From contig JASFQK010000028.1 in the NCBI GenBank assembly GCA_050115495.1, positions 1 to 64,000 on the forward strand: a stretch of 64,000 nt of DNA, in the 5' to 3' direction. Positions 48,105-57,211 of this stretch are shown here, one piece after another. A model generated the notes under the pieces. That model was not told the DNA's origin. It searched no databases and saw only the letters and a list, made by a program, of their open reading frames with translations. This stretch comes from Phycisphaerae bacterium (GTDB lineage: Bacteria > Planctomycetota > Phycisphaerae > UBA1845 > Fen-1342). Position 1 is the first letter of the stretch. The number at the start of each line of letters is the position of its first letter. A program made the translations under genes and the position numbers.

Positions 48105-49508
48105 TTACTGCGACTCGTATTCATAAGCTTGGTACTCGTACGGCTTGCCCTTGAACTGCAGCGTCACGACAGGCACGTTCCGCTCGGCCCCTACCGCAGT
48201 CCATGCTGGCCGGCTAAGGAGAATCGGTGCTCGCGTCCGCCCAAGCCGGCTATCGAAGCGGTGCGCTTCTGCCTCCAAACGTTGCGCGAAATTCACATGA
48301 TCTCCCAGCGGAGCGTACACGCGGCTGCCGCGCGCACCGAAATAGTCAAAGATCACTGGCCCGTAGTTAATCCCGACGCCGAGCCTCATCTCGAGCGGCT
48401 CGTACTCCTTCTCGAAAAACTGGCGCAGCTCCCGCCTTCCAAAAAACTCCGCCTTTAGATCGTCGAACGCCCTACACATTCCTCGTGCCGCCCGCAGCGC
48501 CGGCTCCACCCGGCTGTGCGCGTCCAACGCGGACTCACCAAACAGAGCCATGATGCCGTCCCCAGCCAAACCATGCACTCGCCCGCCAGTCTTTTGTATG
48601 ATCTGTCCCATGCGCTCGTGATACTCCAGCATGAACGTTCTGAGTGCATCGCTCAGGTTGAAATTCCGGAGAATCTCGGTCGCCGGCGTGAAACCGCGAA
48701 TGTCGGCAAACATCACCGCGACCCAGCGCTCCGCCGATGGTACCCGGTGGCTGGGCAAGTAAGTATGTTCTGTTACCCCGTGGTGGTTCTTCAGAAACTG
48801 CGCTGCGCGCGTTCCCATGGTACTAGCTGCCGCTTTCAACTGGCCGATCCGCTCTTCCGGCATCTCCTTGCCAATGCCCCTTTCGCCTCGCCACAGTAAG
48901 ACAACTCCTAGAGCGCCCATGGCCAGTTGGCGTGTACACGCTGACAGCGGCAGCACCAGTAGTTCTGGTGCCCGCAAAGCAATTGCGTCCACCCCATGCA
49001 ATCCAGCACTAGCACGGCGCCGCACTGTCTCATTCACCCAGTCGATCAGAACACTCCAACGGGACGTCTGCATCACAGTCGGCCAGAACGGCACAAACTG
49101 GGATGACAGTCGCAGCAGCCCCTGCTGAAGGCAATTCGCACTCTCGCGTCGCTCCTCCGTCACTCGCACGTATTGCGGCAACGCATCCTCGGCCACATCA
49201 GGCCGACCCGCCAGCCTGTTCCGCGCTCGCAACGCGCCCGAAAGATACGCGCGTGTCCGCTCATCAACGTGCAGCCACGACATCTCCAGGCCCCGCACAG
49301 TGCCGGCGCTATCTCTGCAGTCGGCTTTGGCAAGGAGGTGCATACCGTGCGTACACTCCGCGAAGAAGAGCAACTTGCCGGTAATCTCAGTGAAGATGCG
49401 CCTCAACGAGTAATCCACGCGCTCATCATGCTCTAGCGACATGAAGAGATTGTTTACAAACTGAAGGCATTCGAACTCTAGCCACTCCCGATTCCAATTA
49501 TTCGGCAT
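48105..49508 (-). CDS. Class III nucleotide cyclase with an uncharacterised (possibly GAF-like) N-terminal region
   Basis: VMFADIRGFT, AGDGIMALFG, RLGVGINYG, GDHVNFAQRLE. Confidence 0.9.
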   Translation of the reverse strand: MPNNWNREWLEFECLQFVNNLFMSLEHDERVDYSLRRIFTEITGKLLFFAECTHGMHLLAKADCRDSAGTVRGLEMSWLHVDERTRAYLSGALRARNRLAGRPDVAEDALPQYVRVTEERRESANCLQQGLLRLSSQFVPFWPTVMQTSRWSVLIDWVNETVRRRASAGLHGVDAIALRAPELLVLPLSACTRQLAMGALGVVLLWRGERGIGKEMPEERIGQLKAAASTMGTRAAQFLKNHHGVTEHTYLPSHRVPSAERWVAVMFADIRGFTPATEILRNFNLSDALRTFMLEYHERMGQIIQKTGGRVHGLAGDGIMALFGESALDAHSRVEPALRAARGMCRAFDDLKAEFFGRRELRQFFEKEYEPLEMRLGVGINYGPVIFDYFGARGSRVYAPLGDHVNFAQRLEAEAHRFDSRLGRTRAPILLSRPAWTAVGAERNVPVVTLQFKGKPYEYQAYEYESQ

Positions 49509-49899
49509 CTGGGCTCTCCTCGCTCAGAATGTCCCGCACGTGTTCGAGGAGAAGTTCGAGTTCACAGGGCTTCTGAATCCACTCGTACCGGACCTGCAGG
49601 TCATCCAGCTTGCGTAGATTCCCCGCAGCAAAGGATGCCTCAAGCACAGAAATGAAGATAACTGGGTACCTCGGTACCTGCTTCCTGCTTTTCACGAGGT
49701 CGTAGACAGCCAGAATACCCTCCTGCTGCCCTGTCGGAAGCCGGACGTCAACGAACCAAATGTCGCACTTCGGCGCCTCTTCCATGACTCCATTCCGGTC
49801 AACGGCTTCAAGCACTTCGTAACCGTAGTCCCTGAATAGGTTTACGACGGGGAATCGGAATCCGTCATCATCGTCGGCGACCAGAATCCGGTATGGCAT
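49498..49899 (-). CDS. Single-domain response regulator (receiver)
   Basis: ILVADDDD, FVDVRLP, IFIS, IQKP. Confidence 0.88.
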   Translation of the reverse strand: MPYRILVADDDDGFRFPVVNLFRDYGYEVLEAVDRNGVMEEAPKCDIWFVDVRLPTGQQEGILAVYDLVKSRKQVPRYPVIFISVLEASFAAGNLRKLDDLQVRYEWIQKPCELELLLEHVRDILSEESPDAE

Positions 49900-49909
49900 C
49901 ACGCCACTC

Positions 49910-51730
49910 CTACTGTACAGGGATGTGTACTGAAAACGCCGTGCCTCGACCCACTGCACTCTCTACATGACGCTCCCAGCCGAATCGGTCGAGAATCTGC
50001 TTAACTGCGGTCAAGCCCATCCCGATGCCTCCAGGGTGTCCGCTTGCGCGCCGCGAAAAGCCCGCGTCCCAAATCCGCAGCAGGTCGTCCGGAGGGATTC
50101 CGTGGCCCGTGTCTTTGACGGTCAAGATCGCCGCCTGCCCGTCGCGCCGAAGGCGAATGCGCACGGCGCCGCCCGCACGCGAGTACTTGATGGCATTGTG
50201 CAGGATGTTGTCGACGACGATCCCGAAGTCGGTCCGGTCGACTACGTCGAGCATGACGACTGCCTCGTCAATGTCGGCGGCGAAATCACGTTCGATTCGA
50301 ACGTCGCTGTGAAGCAGGGGCTCTGCTTCCTTCAGTCGGCTGTTCACCAACTCTGCCAGCGGTGTGGCCTCGGGCCGTCGGCGCACCGCGGGATCGCTTG
50401 CATGCTGCGCGACCGCCACCAGAGCCCGCGTCGGCATCATGGCTGCCATCAGGGCCTGCTTGATGAAGTCAATGTGCCGATGGATGCGGTCGTACCTTGG
50501 CGGGTGACCTTCCTGGGCGAAGCGAAGCTCTCGCTCCAGTCCCGACAGGTTCATCGGGACCTGCCCAATCGGCGAACGGATCAGGTGGGCGAGATCCGAG
50601 AGCAACGACGTACGTACACGCTGTCCCACCTCTAGCGTCAGCACGATGAGGCTGGCCATGATACGGCACAGCGCGCGATCAGTTTCCGTGAAGAACGGCT
50701 CGCCTTGGCGGTTCTCGACTTTCAGCACGCCCACGACGGCATCGCGCTCGCCTAACAGCGGCACCGCGTACAGACACTTGAACGTCTTCTGTTGGCTAAG
50801 CCACATGGCCTCGTCCCAACGTCCGCGCCAAGATGCATGGTGTTTCAATTCATCCCACGACTTAGCCCAGAACGGCTGCTTGTGGGCAGCCACCCATGCG
50901 GTAATGCCCTCGATCTCGCCGTTCGGTACGCTTGGATCGCGGAGGTGATACACATGATAAGACTGGGCCTCGATTCGAAAGCCAACTCCATCGGCGAGGT
51001 GGAGTTCTTTCCCGCTGGGATCAACTAGCCACAATGAGCAAATCTCGGCGTGCAGATTCTCGGCAACCGCCTTGACAATCTCGTTGATTAGACGCCGTGG
51101 TTCGAATGGTTGCAGCAGAGCGGCGACCATCTTCGCCGGAACCCGAATGAGTCGCTGTTCGTGCGGTTCCAGCAAGCTGAATGAATGCACCGCCATCGCC
51201 ACATCCGGGACCATCTCCCGAACGGTGCGCCGGTCTTGCTCAGGAAAGCCGGCGGCTGATCCCCTCTTGTTCTCCAACTTGAAAACACCGATTACGCTCT
51301 CGCCAAGCACAACTGGAAAGGCACTCAGGGAGCGGAAATACTGTTCTGGTGCCCCGGCCCACTGCATCGAGTCCCAGCGTCCCCTCCAACAGAATCCGTA
51401 TTCCCGTTTCAATTGCTCAAGCGACGTGATGTGGACTTCCCGACCAGTCTGCGCCACATAACCGGTCACCCCGTCCGCCCTCCGGCCTTCCGGGTCATTG
51501 CGGCGGATTTCGTACTGAATCTCCTGAGCGATCGTCTGAGGTTCCTTGGCTGATGCGGCGAGCAGACGCAGGCGATCAACGCCTGCTTCGTCCTTGTATC
51601 TGCGCCAGAGCGTGCACACTTCAGCATCGAAGACTTCGGCGCACGTCTCGACTATCCTCCGGCCCATCTCGTCGAACGAGTTCGTCTTCGAGATCGCAGC
51701 GAGAATTGACTCGCGGGCACTTGTGGCCAT
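49910..51730 (-). CDS. Cytoplasmic tandem-GAF sensor histidine kinase
   Basis: Two GAF repeats; H-box LAHLIRSP; NAIKYS, DTGHGI, GIGMGL. Confidence 0.9.
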   Translation of the reverse strand: MATSARESILAAISKTNSFDEMGRRIVETCAEVFDAEVCTLWRRYKDEAGVDRLRLLAASAKEPQTIAQEIQYEIRRNDPEGRRADGVTGYVAQTGREVHITSLEQLKREYGFCWRGRWDSMQWAGAPEQYFRSLSAFPVVLGESVIGVFKLENKRGSAAGFPEQDRRTVREMVPDVAMAVHSFSLLEPHEQRLIRVPAKMVAALLQPFEPRRLINEIVKAVAENLHAEICSLWLVDPSGKELHLADGVGFRIEAQSYHVYHLRDPSVPNGEIEGITAWVAAHKQPFWAKSWDELKHHASWRGRWDEAMWLSQQKTFKCLYAVPLLGERDAVVGVLKVENRQGEPFFTETDRALCRIMASLIVLTLEVGQRVRTSLLSDLAHLIRSPIGQVPMNLSGLERELRFAQEGHPPRYDRIHRHIDFIKQALMAAMMPTRALVAVAQHASDPAVRRRPEATPLAELVNSRLKEAEPLLHSDVRIERDFAADIDEAVVMLDVVDRTDFGIVVDNILHNAIKYSRAGGAVRIRLRRDGQAAILTVKDTGHGIPPDDLLRIWDAGFSRRASGHPGGIGMGLTAVKQILDRFGWERHVESAVGRGTAFSVHIPVQ

Positions 51731-52533
51731 GCGGCACGATTCCTTTCTAAGCGCACTTGGCAAGTATACCGCAATCTCAAGCCGCTTGATTCGTCTTCTG
51801 TCGGGACGAACACGCCCTACCGCCAAGTCTATTCTAGTGCTCCAGGTCCCGCGATAGCGGCTGCCCTACCGGCAATCGAAACCGCTCACGGTGCGGACCT
51901 CTGCCGGTTCCGCCCATGAGACCGCGGCGTTTGGGCCGGGACTCGCGCATCCGGTTCAGTCCTGGGCGTGCTTCAGGAGGCTTGGGTCGTGCTCAGGCTG
52001 CGCCGGCGTCTAGTCCCGTGCGTAGCTCGTTTGCATGAGAGCGAATACGTGAGCTGGTTGGAACACCGACCGAGCAGAGAAGGACGTTGTTCATGTCCGA
52101 GTCCCCTCTCGCCGCGTCGCCCGACTGCACAAACGCCCGTGCGAAATGATGAGGATCCTGACCGCCAAGCCAACTCACTCGCCGAACACCGAGCGCGGCC
52201 GACACGCGTTACTGAAGCCGCTGCTCGTTCGCAGCGTGCGGCGTCGCGTCAGCGGCCCGGGGACGGGAAGTGATTCATCGACAAGGCTCTACCGCTCAAG
52301 CTGTTGGCGCCCGTCAGGGCAGGCACCTGATCGAACGCCGGGCGTTGTCATGCCTCGAACGATGCTGCAAGAAGTTCGGCCTCGACGCGGTGCCGTTGCC
52401 CGTGTTTGTCGAAGACTGGGGCGAGCATCCGTCGCGCATTCTAGATCTTGCCCGTGGACTTGCACGCTCCAGGATTCGCGACACGACTGCAGCGTCGTCG
52501 GGGAGCGTACATTGACGGGTTCTGTGCGCATAA

Positions 52534-52560
52534 GAAACCCCCGCACGTCGCGGGGGTTTC
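52534..52560 (-). terminator. Terminator hairpin downstream of tRNA-Glu(CTC)
   Basis: GAAACCCCCGC-5nt-GCGGGGGTTTC perfect stem. Confidence 0.75.
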
Positions 52561-52568
52561 GCGTGAAT

Positions 52569-52641
52569 CGCCCCCACGGGGACTCGAACCCCGGTCTCCA
52601 GGATGAGAACCTGATATCCTAGGCCGCTAGACGATGGGGGC
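52569..52641 (-). tRNA. tRNA-Glu (anticodon CTC); CCA not encoded
   Basis: GCCCCCATCGTCTAGCGGCCTAGGATA-TCAGG TTCTCAT CCTGG-AGACCGGGGTTCGAGTCCCCGTGGGGGCG. Confidence 0.96.
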
Positions 52642-52792
52642 TATGACTCGCCGAAACGAGTGTTTTGACTAACCTTAGCGGCTCGCCCCGCCACAGTCAA
52701 CGGGGCCGCCACGAACCGCCGCTATCGGACGGCCTCCGACCCCCTGCCGACGCGGCCGTCCCGGTGCAGCACCGCCGATTCAGCCCGGCCTA

Positions 52793-53842
52793 TCACGGGC
52801 TCGCGCCGGCGGCGATCAGCTCGTCAGGGCCCGTCACGTGCCGGCCCGGCGGCCAGGCGCGGGTCGGGTCGTACCATTCCCGCCACGCCGACTCCCACTC
52901 TTCCCGGCTCTTCACGTTGATGAACGCCGCCCGCACGCGGGCCGGGAACGGGTGCCGCTTCGCGTAGCGAATGCCAAACTTCCGCATCACCTTCGGCCCG
53001 ATCTTCGGACCGTGAAGCTGCTCGACCAGGTCGAAATGCTCCCGGATCACCCGCCCCTGCTCCGCCACGGTCGGCGGCTCCGGCAGCGGCTGACCCGCCA
53101 GCACCGCCCGGGCCTCGCGAAAGATCCACGGATTGCCGATGCAGCCGCGCGCCACCGACACGCCGTCCACGCCCGTCTGCGACAGCATGCGGGCGATATC
53201 GTCCGCCGTGAACAAATCGCCGCTGCCCAGCACTACCCCCGCGCCGGCGTGCCGCTTCACGCGAGCCAGGAAGCCCCAATCCGCCGCCCCCATGTACCGC
53301 TGCCGGACGGTCCGCCCGTGCACGGTCACCGCCGCCAGACCCAGCTCGAAAGCGGCGTCGAAGATGCGGAAGAAATCCCGCTCGCTCTCCGCCGAGTCGT
53401 CCATCCCCCGCCGCATCTTCACCGTCACCGGCACCGCCGGCGGGACGGCCTCTCGCACCCGCCTCAGGATCTCCAGCGCCTGCGGCACGTCGGACAGCAG
53501 GTACCCGCCCCGGCACCGCCCCAGCACCTTCTTCACCGGACAGCCGAAGTTGATGTCCACCACATCGAACCCGCTCTCGGCCAGCAGCGCCGCCGCCTCG
53601 GCGAACTCCGCCGGCGTCGCCCCGATGACCTGCCCGCCGACCGGGTGGTCCTCGGCACAGAGCGTCAGCACCTTCCGCTGAAACTTGCCGGCGTGCGTCA
53701 GCGACCGGTCCAGAACGACCTCGTGCAGGGCGTACGGCGCCCCCAGCCGCCGGGCGATCAGCCGCATCGGCAGATCGCTGTAGCCAGCCAGGGCCGCCTG
53801 CGACAGTGGAACATCGAGCTGTACGGGGCCGATTTTGAGCAT
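52793..53842 (-). CDS. tRNA-dihydrouridine synthase (DusB-like)
   Basis: AALAGYSD, DINFGCP, VTVKMR, TVHGRT, ARGCIGNPWIF. Confidence 0.92.
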   Translation of the reverse strand: MLKIGPVQLDVPLSQAALAGYSDLPMRLIARRLGAPYALHEVVLDRSLTHAGKFQRKVLTLCAEDHPVGGQVIGATPAEFAEAAALLAESGFDVVDINFGCPVKKVLGRCRGGYLLSDVPQALEILRRVREAVPPAVPVTVKMRRGMDDSAESERDFFRIFDAAFELGLAAVTVHGRTVRQRYMGAADWGFLARVKRHAGAGVVLGSGDLFTADDIARMLSQTGVDGVSVARGCIGNPWIFREARAVLAGQPLPEPPTVAEQGRVIREHFDLVEQLHGPKIGPKVMRKFGIRYAKRHPFPARVRAAFINVKSREEWESAWREWYDPTRAWPPGRHVTGPDELIAAGASP

Positions 53843-53888
53843 CCGGCCGATTATACTCGGCGATCTGTCCGGGGTTACGAGGGTATCC

Positions 53889-54887
53889 ATGCGTCGCGAA
53901 GTCGGCCCGGCCAACCGCGTTCACGTGATCGCCCACGCCAACCCGCCGCGGAACGACATCCGCCGGCTGGGCCTCGACTCCGTGGGCGACTATCTCAGCT
54001 TCATCCGCGCCCACACGCCGGCGCCGCTGCACGTCACCGCCGCTCCCGAGCTCTTCCGCGTCGAGGAAGATGAGTGGCACAGTGGTCGGCGGGATGACGC
54101 CGCCCGCGTCCGCGACCTGCAAGACGCCCTCAGCGACCCGCAGACGCTCGCCATCGTGGCCACCAACGGCGGAGCGTACTTCTCCCGCATCCTGCCGCAC
54201 GTCGATTTCTCGGTCCTGACTCGCCGTCGGCGGCCGATCTGGGCCCTCGGCTTCAGCGAGATCACGCCACTGGTGAACCTGATCGCCAGCTTCCGCTGTG
54301 GACGCGGGTTGTACTGGCTCTGCCCGAACTACGTGGCGTACAAGGTTCGGCGATCGGCGATATTGGCGGCGTTTGGCGAGTTCTGGCGGCTATTGCCGCA
54401 GATTCTCGCCGGCTGCGCTCCGACGGGGGCGGAGCACCTTTCCTTCGGCCCGCTTCACGGCGAACTGACCAGCGGGCGCGCCGTCGCCGGGCCGGTGAAG
54501 CTGGTGGGCGGCTGTCTCGCCGTCCTGGCGGCGGTGGTCTCGGGACCGCTGGGAGCCCGCATGCGGCCACGCGGCCACTGGCTCTTCCTCGAAGACATCC
54601 AGGAGGTCCCCTACCGCATCGACCGACACCTCGCCGCGCTCAAGTTCGCCGGCTGGTTCGAGCGCATCGCCGGCGTGCTGGTCGGCGACTTCCACGCCGC
54701 CGAGGGCGACACGCAGGACGCCGTCCTTGATCTGCTGCGGTTCCACCTGCCGGCGGGGCGATCGCTGCCGGTCGTGAAGACACGTGATTTCGGCCACGTC
54801 TGGCCGCTGCTACCCGTCGCCGTCAACCGCCCCCTGCAACTCGACGTCCGTCGGCGGAAGGTGACGTTTTCGGGCACGCTGGAGTAA
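53889..54887 (+). CDS. S66 LD-carboxypeptidase-family protein
   Basis: ATNGGAY, LGFSEIT, VGGCL, LFLEDIQE.PYRIDR, FGH. Confidence 0.88.
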   Translation: MRREVGPANRVHVIAHANPPRNDIRRLGLDSVGDYLSFIRAHTPAPLHVTAAPELFRVEEDEWHSGRRDDAARVRDLQDALSDPQTLAIVATNGGAYFSRILPHVDFSVLTRRRRPIWALGFSEITPLVNLIASFRCGRGLYWLCPNYVAYKVRRSAILAAFGEFWRLLPQILAGCAPTGAEHLSFGPLHGELTSGRAVAGPVKLVGGCLAVLAAVVSGPLGARMRPRGHWLFLEDIQEVPYRIDRHLAALKFAGWFERIAGVLVGDFHAAEGDTQDAVLDLLRFHLPAGRSLPVVKTRDFGHVWPLLPVAVNRPLQLDVRRRKVTFSGTLE

Positions 54888-54905
54888 GCGGAGGGAGGGA
54901 CTGGG

Positions 54906-55409
54906 GTGAGTACACGCCAAGAGCGTCGAACCCAGCGGCTGGCCCGCCAGCGTGCCCGCAGGGCCCGCCTCTATCCGGAGCTCGCCCTCTTCCCGATTGA
55001 CGAATACCAACGGGCCGTGAAGAGCGCCCAGTCCCTGCCGCTGCGTCAACCGCTCCTGTGGATCGCGCTGGCACTGATCGTGGCCGCCGTCGTTGTCGTC
55101 GGCCCAACACTCCGCAGAGAACTGCGGGGTCTGGGCATGCCCGATGTCGTTGCCGAAATTCTGGTTGTGGTCGGCACAGGCGCGATCACGGGCGTGTCGC
55201 TGCTTGCGATCGTCCGCACGCCGGTGCGGCGTGCCCTGCGGCGGCGGCTGGTCGAGCTTGGCACAGCAATCTGCGTCAACTGCGGCTACGACCTCCGCGG
55301 ACAAACGCAGCCGCGCTGCCCGGAATGCGGCAAAGCCTTCGACCCGGCATTGCTCACGCCGGCCGACCGGGCCGATCCGGACGCCGCGCCCCGCCATGAC
55401 ACGGACTGA
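54906..55409 (+). CDS. Two-TM membrane protein with C-terminal zinc ribbon
   Basis: CVNCGYDLRG...CPECG. Confidence 0.8.
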   Translation: MSTRQERRTQRLARQRARRARLYPELALFPIDEYQRAVKSAQSLPLRQPLLWIALALIVAAVVVVGPTLRRELRGLGMPDVVAEILVVVGTGAITGVSLLAIVRTPVRRALRRRLVELGTAICVNCGYDLRGQTQPRCPECGKAFDPALLTPADRADPDAAPRHDTD

Positions 55410-55423
55410 CTGGGGACACAGGG

Positions 55424-55957
55424 ATGAGCAGTGCCGAAGAACGGAAAGCGAAGCGACTGGCCAAACGACGCAGCCGACTCGCTCGGTTCTGCCCGGAATT
55501 CGCCCTCTTCCCGACCGCCGAGGACGCGAAGCGAGCTCAACGGGAACTGACATTCGCGATGCTGCGCTGGCCCTCCACGTGGGTCACGACGGCTATCGCG
55601 GCACTCATCGTGATTCCCCTCGCGATAATCCTCACGCGGGTCCTTGCCCACCTGGGGGTACCCGATTTCTTCTACAGTGTCATTACCGGCGGTCTCGCCG
55701 GCTGCGCCGGCGCACTGGGCCTGAGACTGCCAGTCCGCAAACGGTCGCGGCGATTCCTGCGACAATGCCTGATCGAACGCGGCGTGCCGGTCTGCCTGCA
55801 CTGCGGCTACGACCTCCGCGGGCAAACGGCCCCGCGCTGCCCCGAATGCGGCCAGCCGTTCGACCCGATGCTGCTCCGCCCCACCGATCACCCCACTCCC
55901 AACGCCGCCGCGGGCGAAACGTCGCCGAGCGACCAGCCGCCGCCCGAAGCGCCGTAG
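55424..55957 (+). CDS. Two-TM membrane protein with C-terminal zinc ribbon (paralog of the previous gene)
   Basis: CLHCGYDLRG...CPECG; shared PE.ALFP motif. Confidence 0.8.
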   Translation: MSSAEERKAKRLAKRRSRLARFCPEFALFPTAEDAKRAQRELTFAMLRWPSTWVTTAIAALIVIPLAIILTRVLAHLGVPDFFYSVITGGLAGCAGALGLRLPVRKRSRRFLRQCLIERGVPVCLHCGYDLRGQTAPRCPECGQPFDPMLLRPTDHPTPNAAAGETSPSDQPPPEAP

Positions 55958-56107
55958 CGTCCGGCACGGGGCCCAAACGCTGCCCCGAGCAGCAGCACAG
56001 AGCCCGGACGGTGTGTGTCATGCCCAGGCTGTGAGCGAGGGAATGCCTTCCCATGCACGAGACGAAGACATGCCGGCGCCTTAGAGCTTCGGCATGCCAC
56101 ACTCCAC

Positions 56108-56161
56108 CTCAAGGCTCACGGCTCACAGCTCAAGGCTGAAAGCTGACGACTGACGGCTCAA
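56108..56161. repeat. Degenerate heptamer tandem repeat
   Basis: CTCAAGG CTCACGG CTCACAG CTCAAGG CTGAAAG CTGACGA CTGACGG. Confidence 0.75.
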
Positions 56162-56163
56162 CC

Positions 56164-57144
56164 CTACCGAAGCTGCTTCACTTCCTCCGTCAGCAGCGGC
56201 ACGACCTTGAACAGATCCGCTACGATCCCGTAATCCGCCACTTTCAGAATCGGCGCTTCCGGATCGGTGTTGATCGCCACGATCGTCTTGCTGCCGCGCA
56301 TGCCGGCCAGGTGCTGAATCGCCCCGCTGATGCCGGCGGCGATGTACAGCTTCGGCGTGACCGTCTTGCCGGTCAGGCCCACCTGCCGGCTGTGCGGCTG
56401 GTAGCCGGCGTCGCACGCGGCACGCGAGGCCCCGACCGCCCCATCGAGCAGCTTGGCCAGCTCGTACAGCATGCCGAAGTTCTCTTCGTTCTTCAGGGCT
56501 CGCCCGCCGGCGACGATGATGTCAGCCTCGGTGACGTCCTTGACCTCACCGCCGGCCCGCACGACCTCTTTCACCGTGATGCGGTCATCGCCGGCCGCGG
56601 CCTGATACGCCACCGATTCCCGAGCCGCCCCACTGCCGCCGGTCGGAGCCGCGTACGTGTTCGGCCGAATCGAGATAATCGCCGGCCGGTCGGCGGCGAA
56701 GGCGACATGGCAACTCGCCTTCCCGTTATACAGCGGCCGCTTGGCATCGACCGCGCCGCCGTCACCAATCTGCACCTCGATGGCATCCGGCACGACGCCC
56801 GCCCCACACCGTACGGCGACGCGCGGGGCCAGGTCGCGTCCGAGGAAAGTGGTGGCCATCAGGACCACGCGCGGCTGCACCTGCTCCATGACCGCGGCGA
56901 GCGCGGTGCGGTAGCGCAGCGCCGAGTACGTGGCCAGAGCCGGATCGCTGACACAGATGATGCGGTCGACGCCCGTCGCAGCGACGGTGTCGGCGGCGTT
57001 GTTGATGGCGTTGCCAATCACGCAGGCGACGACCTTGCCGCCGGTCTTGCCGGCCAGCTCCCGGGCGGGCGTGACGCACTGCAGCGCCGCCGGATGGGCC
57101 ACGTCGTCGCGTTGTTCCACGAAAACCAGAATGTCGTTCGTCAT
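56164..57144 (-). CDS. etfA: Electron transfer flavoprotein alpha subunit
   Basis: VAGGRAL, VGASRAACDAG, QVGLTGK, GISGAIQHLAGM. Confidence 0.95.
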   Translation of the reverse strand: MTNDILVFVEQRDDVAHPAALQCVTPARELAGKTGGKVVACVIGNAINNAADTVAATGVDRIICVSDPALATYSALRYRTALAAVMEQVQPRVVLMATTFLGRDLAPRVAVRCGAGVVPDAIEVQIGDGGAVDAKRPLYNGKASCHVAFAADRPAIISIRPNTYAAPTGGSGAARESVAYQAAAGDDRITVKEVVRAGGEVKDVTEADIIVAGGRALKNEENFGMLYELAKLLDGAVGASRAACDAGYQPHSRQVGLTGKTVTPKLYIAAGISGAIQHLAGMRGSKTIVAINTDPEAPILKVADYGIVADLFKVVPLLTEEVKQLR

Positions 57145-57211
57145 GTCTTCGCCTTGCTTAGCTCTGCGGCGCCGGTTGACGACGCCGGGGTGTACGTTTC
57201 GTCCCGAATGC

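Noticed and set aside
48105..51730. Calling the cyclase operon a Pycsar or CBASS system
   Set aside because: No adjacent cNMP-binding TIR/TM effector or CD-NTase; the partners are two-component proteins.
52140..52470. Serine-recombinase N-terminal remnant (DRQANSLAEHR; CCKKFGL...VFVED)
   Set aside because: The pieces are short, in different frames, far apart and lack the YxRVS catalytic motif.
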